The position numbers and the translations under genes are program-made. Of a DNA stretch of 64,000 nucleotides, positions 1-9,256 are shown piece by piece. This DNA is from a virus, in the IMG/VR virus record IMGVR_UViG_3300042462_000689; one strand, given 5' to 3'. Under the pieces are notes generated by a model. It was given only the letters and a program-made list of their open reading frames with translations, had not been told where the DNA came from and did not search any database. Every line of letters begins with the position of its first letter. Positions within the stretch are counted from its first letter, which is position 1.

Positions 1-5
1 CACCA

Positions 6-254
6 GTGGGTAAGGCGGAAATCCAAGAAATCGACGGACGGCGGTTCTTGGTGGCGGAGTTGCCCGCCGAAACGGCAACCTGCGATGATCACATCGCAGA
101 GCTCGTCGCCGGCCGCCCGGTCGTAGTGCCCTTTAGCAAAAGAGGGCACATGATCGGGAGGTTGAAGGCCCAGGGGGTCTTTACCACCTCAAAGCAGGTG
201 GTCGCGGGGCAGTGGATCGCATTCTTCCCGTGTGCGCCGCGGGAGTGGAAGTAG
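6..254 (+). CDS. hypothetical protein (5' end possibly outside window)
   Basis: 82-aa ORF ending just before a terminator-like hairpin; frame is open to the window edge. Confidence 0.55.
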   Translation: MGKAEIQEIDGRRFLVAELPAETATCDDHIAELVAGRPVVVPFSKRGHMIGRLKAQGVFTTSKQVVAGQWIAFFPCAPREWK

Positions 255-263
255 CGGTCCGTC

Positions 264-311
264 AGCGGGAATTGTCCGGGGGTAATTCCCCGGCGGTTCC
301 CGCTTTCTTTT
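264..311 (+). terminator. intrinsic terminator-like hairpin
   Basis: AGCGGGAA(264-271)/TTCCCGCT(297-304) outer stem, CCGGGG/CCCCGG inner stem, followed by TTCTTTT. Confidence 0.65.
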
Positions 312-409
312 AGGTGTGGCATCCCTGTCAGACCGCGGACCTGCGCCCCTTTTTTTTTCGCTGGTAGTTCCCACGCCCCAAGATTCACATTTGGCTTTGC
401 AGCATTACG

Positions 410-847
410 ATGTCATGCTTGGTGCAATTCGACATGCTCACACTCGCCCGCCAAGCCCTCGTAGATTTCACCGCCGACGACGCCTCCGCGTCCCAGCATT
501 CCTGGCCCTTGAAGGTGGACGTGACACAGGACATCGGCGGTACCTTGTCGCCCAAGGTGTTCGTGTTCCATGCGCTGTTGCGGGATGCTGCATCAGCCGG
601 GGATCGCTTCGAGGCAATTGCTTCCATCCACCAAATGGCTGATTTGCCCGAGGACGCCCCTTCCTACACGCCCGGCAATGACTACGCCATTCCGTTCTAC
701 CGGCTCAGCTCGCTGACGTTCCATTGCACCTCCCCGACCGAGGCCGATGATCTGTGGGCGATCATCCAGGCAGACGTGACTGATTTGATCGAGGCGCACA
801 ATTCCCTGCTGTCCCTGCAGACCACCGAAACCATTTCCATCCCGTGA
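410..847 (+). CDS. hypothetical protein
   Basis: 145-aa ORF with protein-like composition; GTGA overlap with next gene. Confidence 0.7.
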   Translation: MSCLVQFDMLTLARQALVDFTADDASASQHSWPLKVDVTQDIGGTLSPKVFVFHALLRDAASAGDRFEAIASIHQMADLPEDAPSYTPGNDYAIPFYRLSSLTFHCTSPTEADDLWAIIQADVTDLIEAHNSLLSLQTTETISIP

Positions 848-1233
848 GCACCCCATTCGTATTTGCAATCCCCGGCATGATGCCGCCTGCCACGCCCCAC
901 AAGGATGCCCAGCTTCCTGTATTACGGGATGGATCGGCACGCATGTCCCTGGGAATATCCGCGGGCGAGAATCTACGCCCGGCGATCATTGACGTGTTCG
1001 ATGCCAAGGGGGTGCATCTCTATTGCGACAATACCGGCACGCATACGCTAGAGGTCACACAACCCGGAGGCCTCGCCGAGTACATCCAGCAATTCCCCGC
1101 CGGCACATTCCCACCGACGCCATGCAAGGTGTTCGTCACTTTGAAATCAGGAGATCAGATTGAAATGGTGGCAGGGCCGACGGATGTGGAGCGGGCGGCA
1201 TTTATTTGGCCTTGGGTGCCGCCGGAGAGCTAG
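844..1233 (+). CDS. hypothetical protein
   Basis: 129-aa ORF coupled to previous gene; converges on the minus-strand gene. Confidence 0.65.
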   Translation: MSTPFVFAIPGMMPPATPHKDAQLPVLRDGSARMSLGISAGENLRPAIIDVFDAKGVHLYCDNTGTHTLEVTQPGGLAEYIQQFPAGTFPPTPCKVFVTLKSGDQIEMVAGPTDVERAAFIWPWVPPES

Positions 1234-3707
1234 CTCATCTCCACAATCTTCGGCAGCCCCTCGTAGTTCATCGGCGGTGTCTTGCCTCCGTAGAAATTCT
1301 CCAGCAGCCCAATCATGCTGTGCACGTCCGCCGTGCAAATGCCGTTCTCAATGGAGGCGCTGCGGCATTCACGCGTCATCTCCAGCAGCAGGTCCTGCAG
1401 GTCCACGTCCTTGATGGTGCCCAGCCGGATGGAGATGGTCTGGTTGGTGATGTGTTGCGTGAAGAATTCGGTGCCTCGGGCAAAGGGGATCTGATTGAGC
1501 AGGCGCTCAACGGTCTGATGCAGCGGCTGGGACATGGGCCATTCGAGGCCGGTGGCATTGCGTATGATGGAGGCCCCCTCCCGCGCCAGTGCCGCCGAAT
1601 TGCTCACGCTGCTGAATACCTTCAGGGCCGACCCCTGCGTGCCCATAATCCATTGCACACATTGCTGCATAATCCGCGGCACCATGAGCATCACCCGGCT
1701 CATCGTCGCATCGTCCACCGCACAATGCACCGCCTGCCCGTAATCGCTCAAGGACACAAGTGCCTGTTTTGATTTCTCCATCTGCCCCTGTGAGGCGCCG
1801 GTGACGAGCATGGGGAATCCTCGGCAGCCTTTGATCTCCACGCTGGATCCTTCCCGCGAGGAGAACGAGTATGGCTCCAATTGCCCAAGCGCCCGGAACA
1901 AATTGCGCATGATGTAATTGCCCTCCGGGGTGTAGATCAGACAGACCGGTTTCGTGGGGAAATCGGCGTAGCCACGTCCGACCATGCCAACGAGCTGGCT
2001 GATCAAATCTGCCACTGCCACGGGCACATCGGTCGTATTCTCGCCAGGCACCGGGGTCAGGGTGAGATCGTAAATTTTCCAGAAATCGCAAAGTGGATTG
2101 CCGTAGCGGATGTCCGGATTCCATTCCTTCGCCGTGACCTTGCCCCATGGCGTCATGAAGGCTTTGCGGCGCTCCGTCCAGCCCACGCCATCCAACCCCT
2201 CCACGCGCGGCAGGTTCTCGCTGATGGATCGGAAATAGACCAGAAGCTCCCTTGCATAATTGCGCTCGCGAATTGTTGGAAGTTTTCCGGCGGGATTATC
2301 TTCCGGCTTCGCCAGCTCCGACACACGCGCCGCATCTTCCAAAGTACTGAGTGCCTGCAATTGCTGACTGGTGAGCGAAAACGGATATTCCTTCCCCTGA
2401 AACTGCAGGACGCCCATGTGACAGGTCGCCTTGGAATCCACGAACACCACGTTGTTGCGCAATTCGAGGGTGAAATTCGTGAGGTCCACTTTCGAGCCAT
2501 CATCCCGGATGACATGATAGCCGTGGGCGGTGCGGTAATAGGAAAGGCTGCCGTCCTGGTGGATGAGCCGGGTCTGCCGGATACGCTCGACGGTGGCGGC
2601 CCAGTCCAGCTTCCCGTCCTGCTGCAGCTCGGAGATTAGCGCGGTGTAATGCCGGTCGCTGTATCTCAGGGCGCTGATGAGTAGCCCCACGCCCGCGTCC
2701 ACCCCCTTTCGCGCATGTGCTGCCTCCGCCACATGACGCACCACAAAATCATCCCAGGTTTCTAATTGATCATCCTCCGCCCGCTTCACGCTCACCCTCC
2801 CATTGATGGCCAACTCCGCCACTCCCGAGAGCCCGGCCGCGGATTCCTTTCGTAGATGAAAAGTCACTTCCTGCGGCTCCCACAACTTCTCCGAGCATTT
2901 GGGGCGGTAATGCACGCAGACCGCGAACCGGTCCCGAAAGGCCACGGCATTGACCGAATTGGCAGCCAGCGCCATGGAGTCGCTGGTGTGCAATTCGATG
3001 CGCTGACAATGCGGGTGAATGTCCAGCAGGCCGGTGTAGGCGAAGCGGCACTCATTGAGCCAGTTGACGATTACATCCTCGGGCCGTCCTGAAGGGTAGG
3101 CCATCCACCCCGTAATCACCGCCGGCGAGGAGTACAGCGGAATCACCACCGCGGCCTGGGAATTGGAAATGGGAAGCGGGGAGAGGGTGGCGTCCGGGTA
3201 GGCCGTGGTCGCCTTTTTGACGAACTCCTTGTAGCGCGCCCCGCTCAGCACCAGACACGAAGCGGACTGCGCTGCGATTTGGATGCCAGCGGTGCGCAGC
3301 CAGCCTGCCGTCTGCACCTCTGCAATCATCATCGAATTGCCCGACATCTCGGAGGCTTCCAGCAGGAATTGAATCAGGGCCCGGCGGTCCTCCAATTGGT
3401 GGGCAATCTGGCTGATGTCCGGATCGGGGTCGTGGGCGAAGCGGGAAGGGTAGGCCGTGAGGACGCTTTTGACGGCGGTTTTGTATCCGCCATCCAGCAG
3501 GGCCATGAAGTCCATCGCCGTGCCTACACGGAACTTGCAGCGCTTGTGTTCGCAAATGGCGTAGGTGGAAAAGGCATGCAGGGCGCCTCCACAGGACGGG
3601 CATTTGAGCAGCAGGCTGCGCGTGCCGCTCGTGACTTCCCCTTTGTGGAAATCATGAAGCACTTCGAGCATCGTAATTGATCGTTCGAGAAACTCAGGTG
3701 AGAGCAT
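1230..3707 (-). CDS. large Zn-ribbon protein, putative primase/helicase-like DNA-binding protein
   Basis: Long ORF (ATG at 3707; TTG at 3746 is the alternative start); N-terminal CPSCGG...CEHKRC zinc ribbon resembling primase Zn fingers; no clear catalytic motifs, so function is tentative. Confidence 0.6.
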   Translation of the reverse strand: MLSPEFLERSITMLEVLHDFHKGEVTSGTRSLLLKCPSCGGALHAFSTYAICEHKRCKFRVGTAMDFMALLDGGYKTAVKSVLTAYPSRFAHDPDPDISQIAHQLEDRRALIQFLLEASEMSGNSMMIAEVQTAGWLRTAGIQIAAQSASCLVLSGARYKEFVKKATTAYPDATLSPLPISNSQAAVVIPLYSSPAVITGWMAYPSGRPEDVIVNWLNECRFAYTGLLDIHPHCQRIELHTSDSMALAANSVNAVAFRDRFAVCVHYRPKCSEKLWEPQEVTFHLRKESAAGLSGVAELAINGRVSVKRAEDDQLETWDDFVVRHVAEAAHARKGVDAGVGLLISALRYSDRHYTALISELQQDGKLDWAATVERIRQTRLIHQDGSLSYYRTAHGYHVIRDDGSKVDLTNFTLELRNNVVFVDSKATCHMGVLQFQGKEYPFSLTSQQLQALSTLEDAARVSELAKPEDNPAGKLPTIRERNYARELLVYFRSISENLPRVEGLDGVGWTERRKAFMTPWGKVTAKEWNPDIRYGNPLCDFWKIYDLTLTPVPGENTTDVPVAVADLISQLVGMVGRGYADFPTKPVCLIYTPEGNYIMRNLFRALGQLEPYSFSSREGSSVEIKGCRGFPMLVTGASQGQMEKSKQALVSLSDYGQAVHCAVDDATMSRVMLMVPRIMQQCVQWIMGTQGSALKVFSSVSNSAALAREGASIIRNATGLEWPMSQPLHQTVERLLNQIPFARGTEFFTQHITNQTISIRLGTIKDVDLQDLLLEMTRECRSASIENGICTADVHSMIGLLENFYGGKTPPMNYEGLPKIVEMS

Positions 3708-3753
3708 GTTCGATGTCAGCCTACGCCTCAAATTGCTTACGGGCAATCCCCAT

Positions 3754-3781
3754 GAAATACGGGGCGTTTGCGCGCCATATA
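3754..3781 (+). promoter_or_regulatory. GAAATA-N16-CATATA putative phage promoter, copy 1
   Basis: Same bipartite motif and spacing at 4196 and 51810; lies in a divergent intergenic region. Confidence 0.55.
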
Positions 3782-3835
3782 CAAATGACGAAAGCGACTC
3801 TCGCTTTCACACCAAACTCAACCAAAACAACTCAA

Positions 3836-4087
3836 ATGAAAAAATTACTGATTATAATCCTGCTCGCGGTCGCGTTTCTGATTTGCCGCACCGGCCTCCC
3901 CACGGAGGTGACGTTCGAAAACCTCGCCATCCGCAAAGGCGCCGGTGTGGTGGACCAGGCAGCCGCACGGCTGCTGCTGGTGGTCATCAAACCCACCATC
4001 AAAGACTACGTGGTCTTCAAGACCGCGGAGTGGAAGAGCCTGACATTGGTCTGCTTGCCATTCGGCAAGTGGGGCACGTTGGAGTAA
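3836..4087 (+). CDS. small signal-peptide/membrane protein
   Basis: MKKLLIIILLAVAFLIC hydrophobic N-terminus; A/C-rich leader before ATG. Confidence 0.7.
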   Translation: MKKLLIIILLAVAFLICRTGLPTEVTFENLAIRKGAGVVDQAAARLLLVVIKPTIKDYVVFKTAEWKSLTLVCLPFGKWGTLE

Positions 4088-4096
4088 AATTCTCGC

Positions 4097-4136
4097 GCGG
4101 GGGCGTTATCCCCCGCAGGGGCAGGTGCCCCTTTTT
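4097..4136 (+). terminator. tandem hairpins plus T-tract
   Basis: GCGGGGG/CCCCCGC then AGGGGC/GCCCCT followed by TTTT. Confidence 0.6.
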
Positions 4137-4195
4137 CGCTGGCAGTTTTATCCCAGGTCATGCGTAACCCAGGATACCGCACACCTGGGATACGC

Positions 4196-4223
4196 GAAAT
4201 AAGGACACGCAGCGCGTCATATA
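4196..4223 (+). promoter_or_regulatory. GAAATA-N16-CATATA putative phage promoter, copy 2
   Basis: cGAAATAaggacacgcagcgcgtCATATAgaa, downstream of a terminator. Confidence 0.5.
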
Positions 4224-4605
4224 GAAATGCAGAAGGTGATTCATATCCCCGACATCTTCCGAGTTTCCTGAAGCTCCTGGTTTAGCGATGAACCCACATG
4301 AACGGACGCGTCTCATGTGCTGTAATATTTCGCGCAGGGGTTTCAGAAAGTTCGGAAACTTTCGACCTTCCGCAGTGCGCGCCTGTGGTCTAGCAGGACG
4401 TATCGGTGCTCTGCCTCGCCCGCTCCTTCAAGGCGGGTAGGTGATTCTCCGGATCTCAGTTGTCTATTATTCGACACAAGGAGAGATTCCCGAGCAGGCG
4501 CGCATTGCGGCCCTTTTCAAATAAACAAAGCCACCAATGAGGTGTGCTTTTGTTTTCGGTATCAGATCTGGAACAGCAGTCAATTAAACCCAACAACCAA
4601 CCCAA

Positions 4606-6600
4606 ATGAAAACTCAAGAACTCAAACCCATCACAGGAACCGTCAGCAAGAAATTTATCGAGAAGGTCGATCGGTATTTCAACCACAGCAAGGAGACCAT
4701 CATCGTCGAACTCATCCAGAATGCCCGACGTGCCGGAGCCACGGAGATGCGCTGGACCATCGAGCCCGCCGGCCCTGAGCAATGCAGCATCACCGTCACC
4801 GACGACGGCTGCGGCGTCGAAGATCCGGCAGTGCTGCTCACACTCGGCGAATCAGGTTGGGATGCAGGCATTCAGACGGACGAGGATCCCGCCGGTGCCG
4901 GTTTCTTTTCGCTCTGTGGTCTGAGCGGGGCCGTGCATGTCTCCAGTCACAACTGGCGTATGACGCTCGACAAGGCCATCTTCACGCACGGGAAGGAGAC
5001 GCTCCCCTGCGCCACCAAGTCGCCCATCAAAGGCATGCGGCTGGAATTCATCACGAATGCGGAGAAGTCGGAATACTACGCGCACCATACCGCGGTAACT
5101 CGATGGATGGACGCTGTGGAGAAATGCTCCAAATACTGCGGGCTGAAAGTCAGCATCAACGATAAGCGCGTAAAGCAGGAGGATTTCCTGGCGGACGCAG
5201 AAGCGGTGGTGGAATGGAACGGTATCCGTATTGGGATTCACAATCGCCAGAAGCTGAGCGGCTATTCACTGGACCATGACGCGAACACCGCAAACTTCCA
5301 TGGCTGCGTGCTCGCCACACCCAAAATGCCCGAAGTCGGGGATTTCGGGAATGACGGCAAAAGCAAATATGCCGCAATCTTGGACATCCGGAACACCCAG
5401 CACATCAAGCTGGTCCTGCCGGCGCGCAACGGGATCTTACAGGATGCCAATTGGGAATTGCTCAAGACGCACATCGAGCGCCTGCTGGTCGAGCACGGAC
5501 TGAAGCGGCACGAAGGGAAACACCGGATGCCGTTTACGACGTATCAGCGCTTCAAGGCCATCGGCGTCGAATTGCCCGAGGCAGTGTCGTATTTGAAAGC
5601 AGTCTGCATCAAATGCCGTGACCATTATTCGGAACTGCAATACCCGGAGTTCGACAACGACATGGATCGTCGCGTGGATGTAAGGCATGGCCATCCGGTG
5701 CTGGTTCCCAATCTGGACGACAACGGGCTGAATCTGACGATGGCAATTGCCTTTGCGTGTAATTCGGTTTCTGTCACACCCGAGATTAAAGCTGAAGGTG
5801 GTTTCGATGTGGACGGTGCATTTGAACTACCCAAATTGGATGATTGCCTGAATATGCAATTCGTCCGCGCCAACGGCAATTTCAGCGGGTATTCCTGGTA
5901 TGACCGCCTGCCGTTCATCGAGGAGGACTCCGTGAAGTTCACGGTGAAGCAGGGCAAGCATGGAGTGTACACGAGCGAAGGCCAAAGCGACGCCCTGCAT
6001 ATGCCGCAGGGCCCGGATGAGCTGGCCTCGGAGATCCTGGTGGATTTCATCATCGAAAAGCCGGTGAGGGACAAGGGGATGGGCGAGAAGCGAGCACACA
6101 TCAATCTGCAACTGGAGACAGTGGCGTATTTCCGCACCGCCGACTGCTCGCATGTGGAGGACGGAAGCTGGGCATTTGCAAAGGCGTTACTCCCGGCGGA
6201 TAGCGGAGCCGAGGCGAACAATGCGCAGACCAAGGAGCGGGACATCCGCAGCCAGGCGGAGAACTGGATGTTGATTGCCTTCTGCGATCCACCGGATGAT
6301 TCGGATCATGAGGACAGCACCGCTGATGCGCAAAGCACCTGGACCTGCCGGAAAATGAAACAGGTGCTGCTGTCCCCGGAGAAGGCGTTTCAGGAGGCCA
6401 TTGAGGGTCAAGTTCGATCGCTGCTCAGCTCGGATGAATTCAATAAGGCCCGTCGCAAATCTGGAATCATCGGGTTGACTGTGGACTTCGAATATGGCGA
6501 TCAGCGTCCGGTCGGAGAGAAGCATTACAAATACTCAGAGAACAAGATGACGATTACGTTTCACAAGAAGGAAGCAACAACCATCAAAGGTAAATGCTGA
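4606..6600 (+). CDS. GHKL (HATPase_c) ATPase-domain protein
   Basis: ELIQNARRAGA (N box), DDGCG (G1), GESGWD, AGAGFFSL (G2) Bergerat-fold motifs; long unknown C-terminus. Confidence 0.8.
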   Translation: MKTQELKPITGTVSKKFIEKVDRYFNHSKETIIVELIQNARRAGATEMRWTIEPAGPEQCSITVTDDGCGVEDPAVLLTLGESGWDAGIQTDEDPAGAGFFSLCGLSGAVHVSSHNWRMTLDKAIFTHGKETLPCATKSPIKGMRLEFITNAEKSEYYAHHTAVTRWMDAVEKCSKYCGLKVSINDKRVKQEDFLADAEAVVEWNGIRIGIHNRQKLSGYSLDHDANTANFHGCVLATPKMPEVGDFGNDGKSKYAAILDIRNTQHIKLVLPARNGILQDANWELLKTHIERLLVEHGLKRHEGKHRMPFTTYQRFKAIGVELPEAVSYLKAVCIKCRDHYSELQYPEFDNDMDRRVDVRHGHPVLVPNLDDNGLNLTMAIAFACNSVSVTPEIKAEGGFDVDGAFELPKLDDCLNMQFVRANGNFSGYSWYDRLPFIEEDSVKFTVKQGKHGVYTSEGQSDALHMPQGPDELASEILVDFIIEKPVRDKGMGEKRAHINLQLETVAYFRTADCSHVEDGSWAFAKALLPADSGAEANNAQTKERDIRSQAENWMLIAFCDPPDDSDHEDSTADAQSTWTCRKMKQVLLSPEKAFQEAIEGQVRSLLSSDEFNKARRKSGIIGLTVDFEYGDQRPVGEKHYKYSENKMTITFHKKEATTIKGKC

Positions 6601-7013
6601 TCAAATGTGTCTGCTGTGGAAGCACCGCGCACGAGCACGCAGGCTGCATTGTGGCAGAGCGGGATGCATTGAAGTCCGCATTAGGGAAACTGCGCGAAGC
6701 GATGGAGCGCATCATCTGCGCCAATGGAGACTACTACACCGAAGCGCCCGAATGCGAACACGCCGTGGCTGAATTGCAGGACGCGATCCGGGCAGCGGCA
6801 AATATCATGCATCCTGCGATTCTTGACTTCGGCGTAATTGAAACAGGAGACCCACATCCCTCCCTGACGCATTTCCCGAACAAGGATCTTCGGGAAATCA
6901 TCACCGCGGCATCGCTGAAGGATTTGGAATTGCCGAAAGACGAGGCGTTCATTTCCATCATCGAGAAGCCCGCAGGCGATTCCGCAATTGCGAAACCAGA
7001 ACCCACAGGGTAA
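6594..7013 (+). CDS. hypothetical protein
   Basis: 139-aa ORF overlapping previous stop; N-terminal CxxC...HxHxxC. Confidence 0.65.
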   Translation: MLIKCVCCGSTAHEHAGCIVAERDALKSALGKLREAMERIICANGDYYTEAPECEHAVAELQDAIRAAANIMHPAILDFGVIETGDPHPSLTHFPNKDLREIITAASLKDLELPKDEAFISIIEKPAGDSAIAKPEPTG

Positions 7014-7022
7014 TCTCCCCAC

Positions 7023-8105
7023 ATGCTGCGCGACATCATCTCAGACAAAAACCCATCTTTCCTCACGGTCATCGAACTCCCCGACTGGGTGAAACAGGCC
7101 GAGGTCATCTCCGACGACGAGGTGAAAAACCTGCACGCCTCCGCCTTTGCGGACCCGGTGCATCGGAAGCATCCCATGCATTCCAAGGTGGCGGCCTACA
7201 TGAGCGCCGTATATTTGGGAGCGCAGGGCGTGCCGGACACGGCCCCCGAGCTGCAGGCCGTCAAATCCGCCTCCGCAGTGTTTGGCATTGGTCATGAGGT
7301 CGCCGATATCCTCAGCAACCTGCGCGCGCAGGTCAAATCGGCCGCCGCCCCTGAATCGCTCCCGCGCTTTGCGCTGACGGTTAAGGTGGCGGCGGAAGAC
7401 AGCGAACCGACGGGCTTCTACCCGCTGACGTCCGCCGTGCAGATTCAGGACTCCGCGGTCCAATTGGTGAAGGACTTCAATTCCGGCACCGGTGAGCTGC
7501 CTGTGGATTGGTTCAAATCGGCCAGCGAGACCATCATGCGGGTCGCCCCGAGCTTCGGGCTGGCTGCCGATGAATTGCCCGCGGACGTGCGGGAAATGGC
7601 GGAACCTCGGGTGTTCGATCGCGACAAGGCGCTGGACCTCGTCGGGCATCGGAAGTTCGCCGGCGTCAGCGATGAATTGCTGGAGGTCTATCGGGACACG
7701 GTCAAATCCGCCGGTGCCGAAGGCGGCATCACAGTGGAGGAGGCCGTCTCGCTCATTGAAACCCTGGATCGCGCATCGGGAATCAAATACAGCACGGTGT
7801 TCGTGAATCCGTGGCGCATCTTCCACAGCGGCCCTTCGGTGGAAGCATTGAAGAAGGTGGCGTCGCAGTCGGTGTTCCTGGATCAGGTCATGATCCCAGC
7901 GATTCATTTCAGCACGCTCAATGAGGCGTCCGTGCGCTCGGCGCTGGGCAAGGAAACGGCGGACACGGTGATGCAGGCTGTGAAGCTGGCTTCTACCAAT
8001 CCCGGCGAGGCATCGGCGCTGCTGGCGCTGCTGCCAGCGGAGGTGCAGCGCGAGGTGCTTGTCGTGACACATACGACCCTGCGCGGCCTGTCCTCAGCGG
8101 CGTAA
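7023..8105 (+). CDS. putative virion protein rich in K-x-A motifs
   Basis: 360-aa ORF; 10 of 18 lysines are followed by x-Ala; virion role is inferred. Confidence 0.7.
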   Translation: MLRDIISDKNPSFLTVIELPDWVKQAEVISDDEVKNLHASAFADPVHRKHPMHSKVAAYMSAVYLGAQGVPDTAPELQAVKSASAVFGIGHEVADILSNLRAQVKSAAAPESLPRFALTVKVAAEDSEPTGFYPLTSAVQIQDSAVQLVKDFNSGTGELPVDWFKSASETIMRVAPSFGLAADELPADVREMAEPRVFDRDKALDLVGHRKFAGVSDELLEVYRDTVKSAGAEGGITVEEAVSLIETLDRASGIKYSTVFVNPWRIFHSGPSVEALKKVASQSVFLDQVMIPAIHFSTLNEASVRSALGKETADTVMQAVKLASTNPGEASALLALLPAEVQREVLVVTHTTLRGLSSAA

Positions 8106-8110
8106 CGCAC

Positions 8111-8665
8111 ATGGCGAAGCTCGACAGCAAAACTGTCAAAGAGGCATTCGATCACGACGACACGCCGGCGATCGTGCTTTTCGCAATCGTCTGCAAGGCG
8201 TATCCCTGGATCCTGCCCACGGGGGACAACCCGGATCATGAGCCCGTAGATGCCATCACCATTTGGACATCCCTGCGGCATCAATTCGGAATTGTGACGT
8301 CGGTGGAGGCCGAGAACAAAATCATGGCGATGCTGACGGCAGTGGAGACGGACCTATACTACGAAAATCCGGAGATGTTCAAATCCATCACCGGGGCCAT
8401 TTGCCACGGGGATGTGGACGATGCCATCAACGGGAGTCTGTCGGATATCTCCGGCGCGGAGGCGTCCATTGCAATGCATGAGATTGATTTGGTGCGCGGC
8501 GAGGAGCATCCGGAATATGCGCCAGCGGTGCAGGAGATCATCAATCGCGAATTGAAGGAGGAGGCGAATGATGATGAGGATGGTGCGGATTTGCAGGAGG
8601 TGCTGCAGCGGCACGACAGTGAAATCAAGGACTGGCTCAAGCGATTGGGTCTTTCCGCAACCTGA
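8111..8665 (+). CDS. hypothetical acidic protein
   Basis: 184-aa ORF 5 nt after previous gene. Confidence 0.75.
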   Translation: MAKLDSKTVKEAFDHDDTPAIVLFAIVCKAYPWILPTGDNPDHEPVDAITIWTSLRHQFGIVTSVEAENKIMAMLTAVETDLYYENPEMFKSITGAICHGDVDDAINGSLSDISGAEASIAMHEIDLVRGEEHPEYAPAVQEIINRELKEEANDDEDGADLQEVLQRHDSEIKDWLKRLGLSAT

Positions 8666-8676
8666 AGATAAATAAA

Positions 8677-8853
8677 ATGAGTAAAGAAGACGCGGTACTT
8701 ATATTGCGCGCACTGAATGATGGGGATCTGTTTTACGCCCTGCGGGATATCATGCAAGGGCGTCGGGTAGAATACGCGGAGGCTGGTGATGAATACGGAC
8801 ACGCGACACGGGAAGCCAAACTCGCAGTGATTCGGCACATCCTGGGCGAGTGA
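8677..8853 (+). CDS. small hypothetical protein (58 aa, MSKEDAVL...)
   Basis: Translated by hand; fills the gap, A-rich leader, GTGA overlap with next ORF. Confidence 0.6.
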   Translation: MSKEDAVLILRALNDGDLFYALRDIMQGRRVEYAEAGDEYGHATREAKLAVIRHILGE

Positions 8854-9038
8854 GCAAAAAGAGTGAGCCCACGATGAGCATGGGCACATGGATGGCAACT
8901 GAGGGAGGACGCAAGTGTCCGCTGTGCGGACGCTATGCCAAAGCGCGTGAACTTGGCTGGCTCGGATTCAACACACCGACACTGTGCCTCGATATGTATG
9001 GTCACCTGCCTGGAAAGGGCTGCAACCGCAGAAAGTGA
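8850..9038 (+). CDS. small Cys-rich hypothetical protein
   Basis: 62 aa with CPLC and additional Cys/His. Confidence 0.5.
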   Translation: MSKKSEPTMSMGTWMATEGGRKCPLCGRYAKARELGWLGFNTPTLCLDMYGHLPGKGCNRRK

Positions 9039-9055
9039 AAAACCAAACAAACCAA

Positions 9056-9256
9056 ATGAGTAAACAAAAGACCGGATCCCATCGCACCGCCCACAAGCGG
9101 AAGGATGGCATCCTTGAAATCGCAGGACTGGTCTCGCAGAAGGACCACCACACGATGAAGCGGATGGAGAAGAAACTTGAGGGACTAACCGTAAGGGAAT
9201 TCGCCGAGCAGACTTCGCAGCCTGGTATTCCTGGGTGGATTGAGAGGACTGCGTGA
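9056..9256 (+). CDS. small hypothetical protein
   Basis: ATG after ACCAAACAAACCAA leader; 66 aa. Confidence 0.6.
   Translation: MSKQKTGSHRTAHKRKDGILEIAGLVSQKDHHTMKRMEKKLEGLTVREFAEQTSQPGIPGWIERTA

Noticed and set aside
4606-6600. RIIA or topoisomerase assignment for the GHKL protein
   Set aside because: No adjacent RIIB-like gene and no topoisomerase transducer/TOPRIM motifs recognised.
7041-8072. Long antisense ORFs (also 27560..28675, 40650..41939, 18722..19651)
   Set aside because: Each lies opposite a well-supported gene and has Arg/His/Gly-rich shadow composition.
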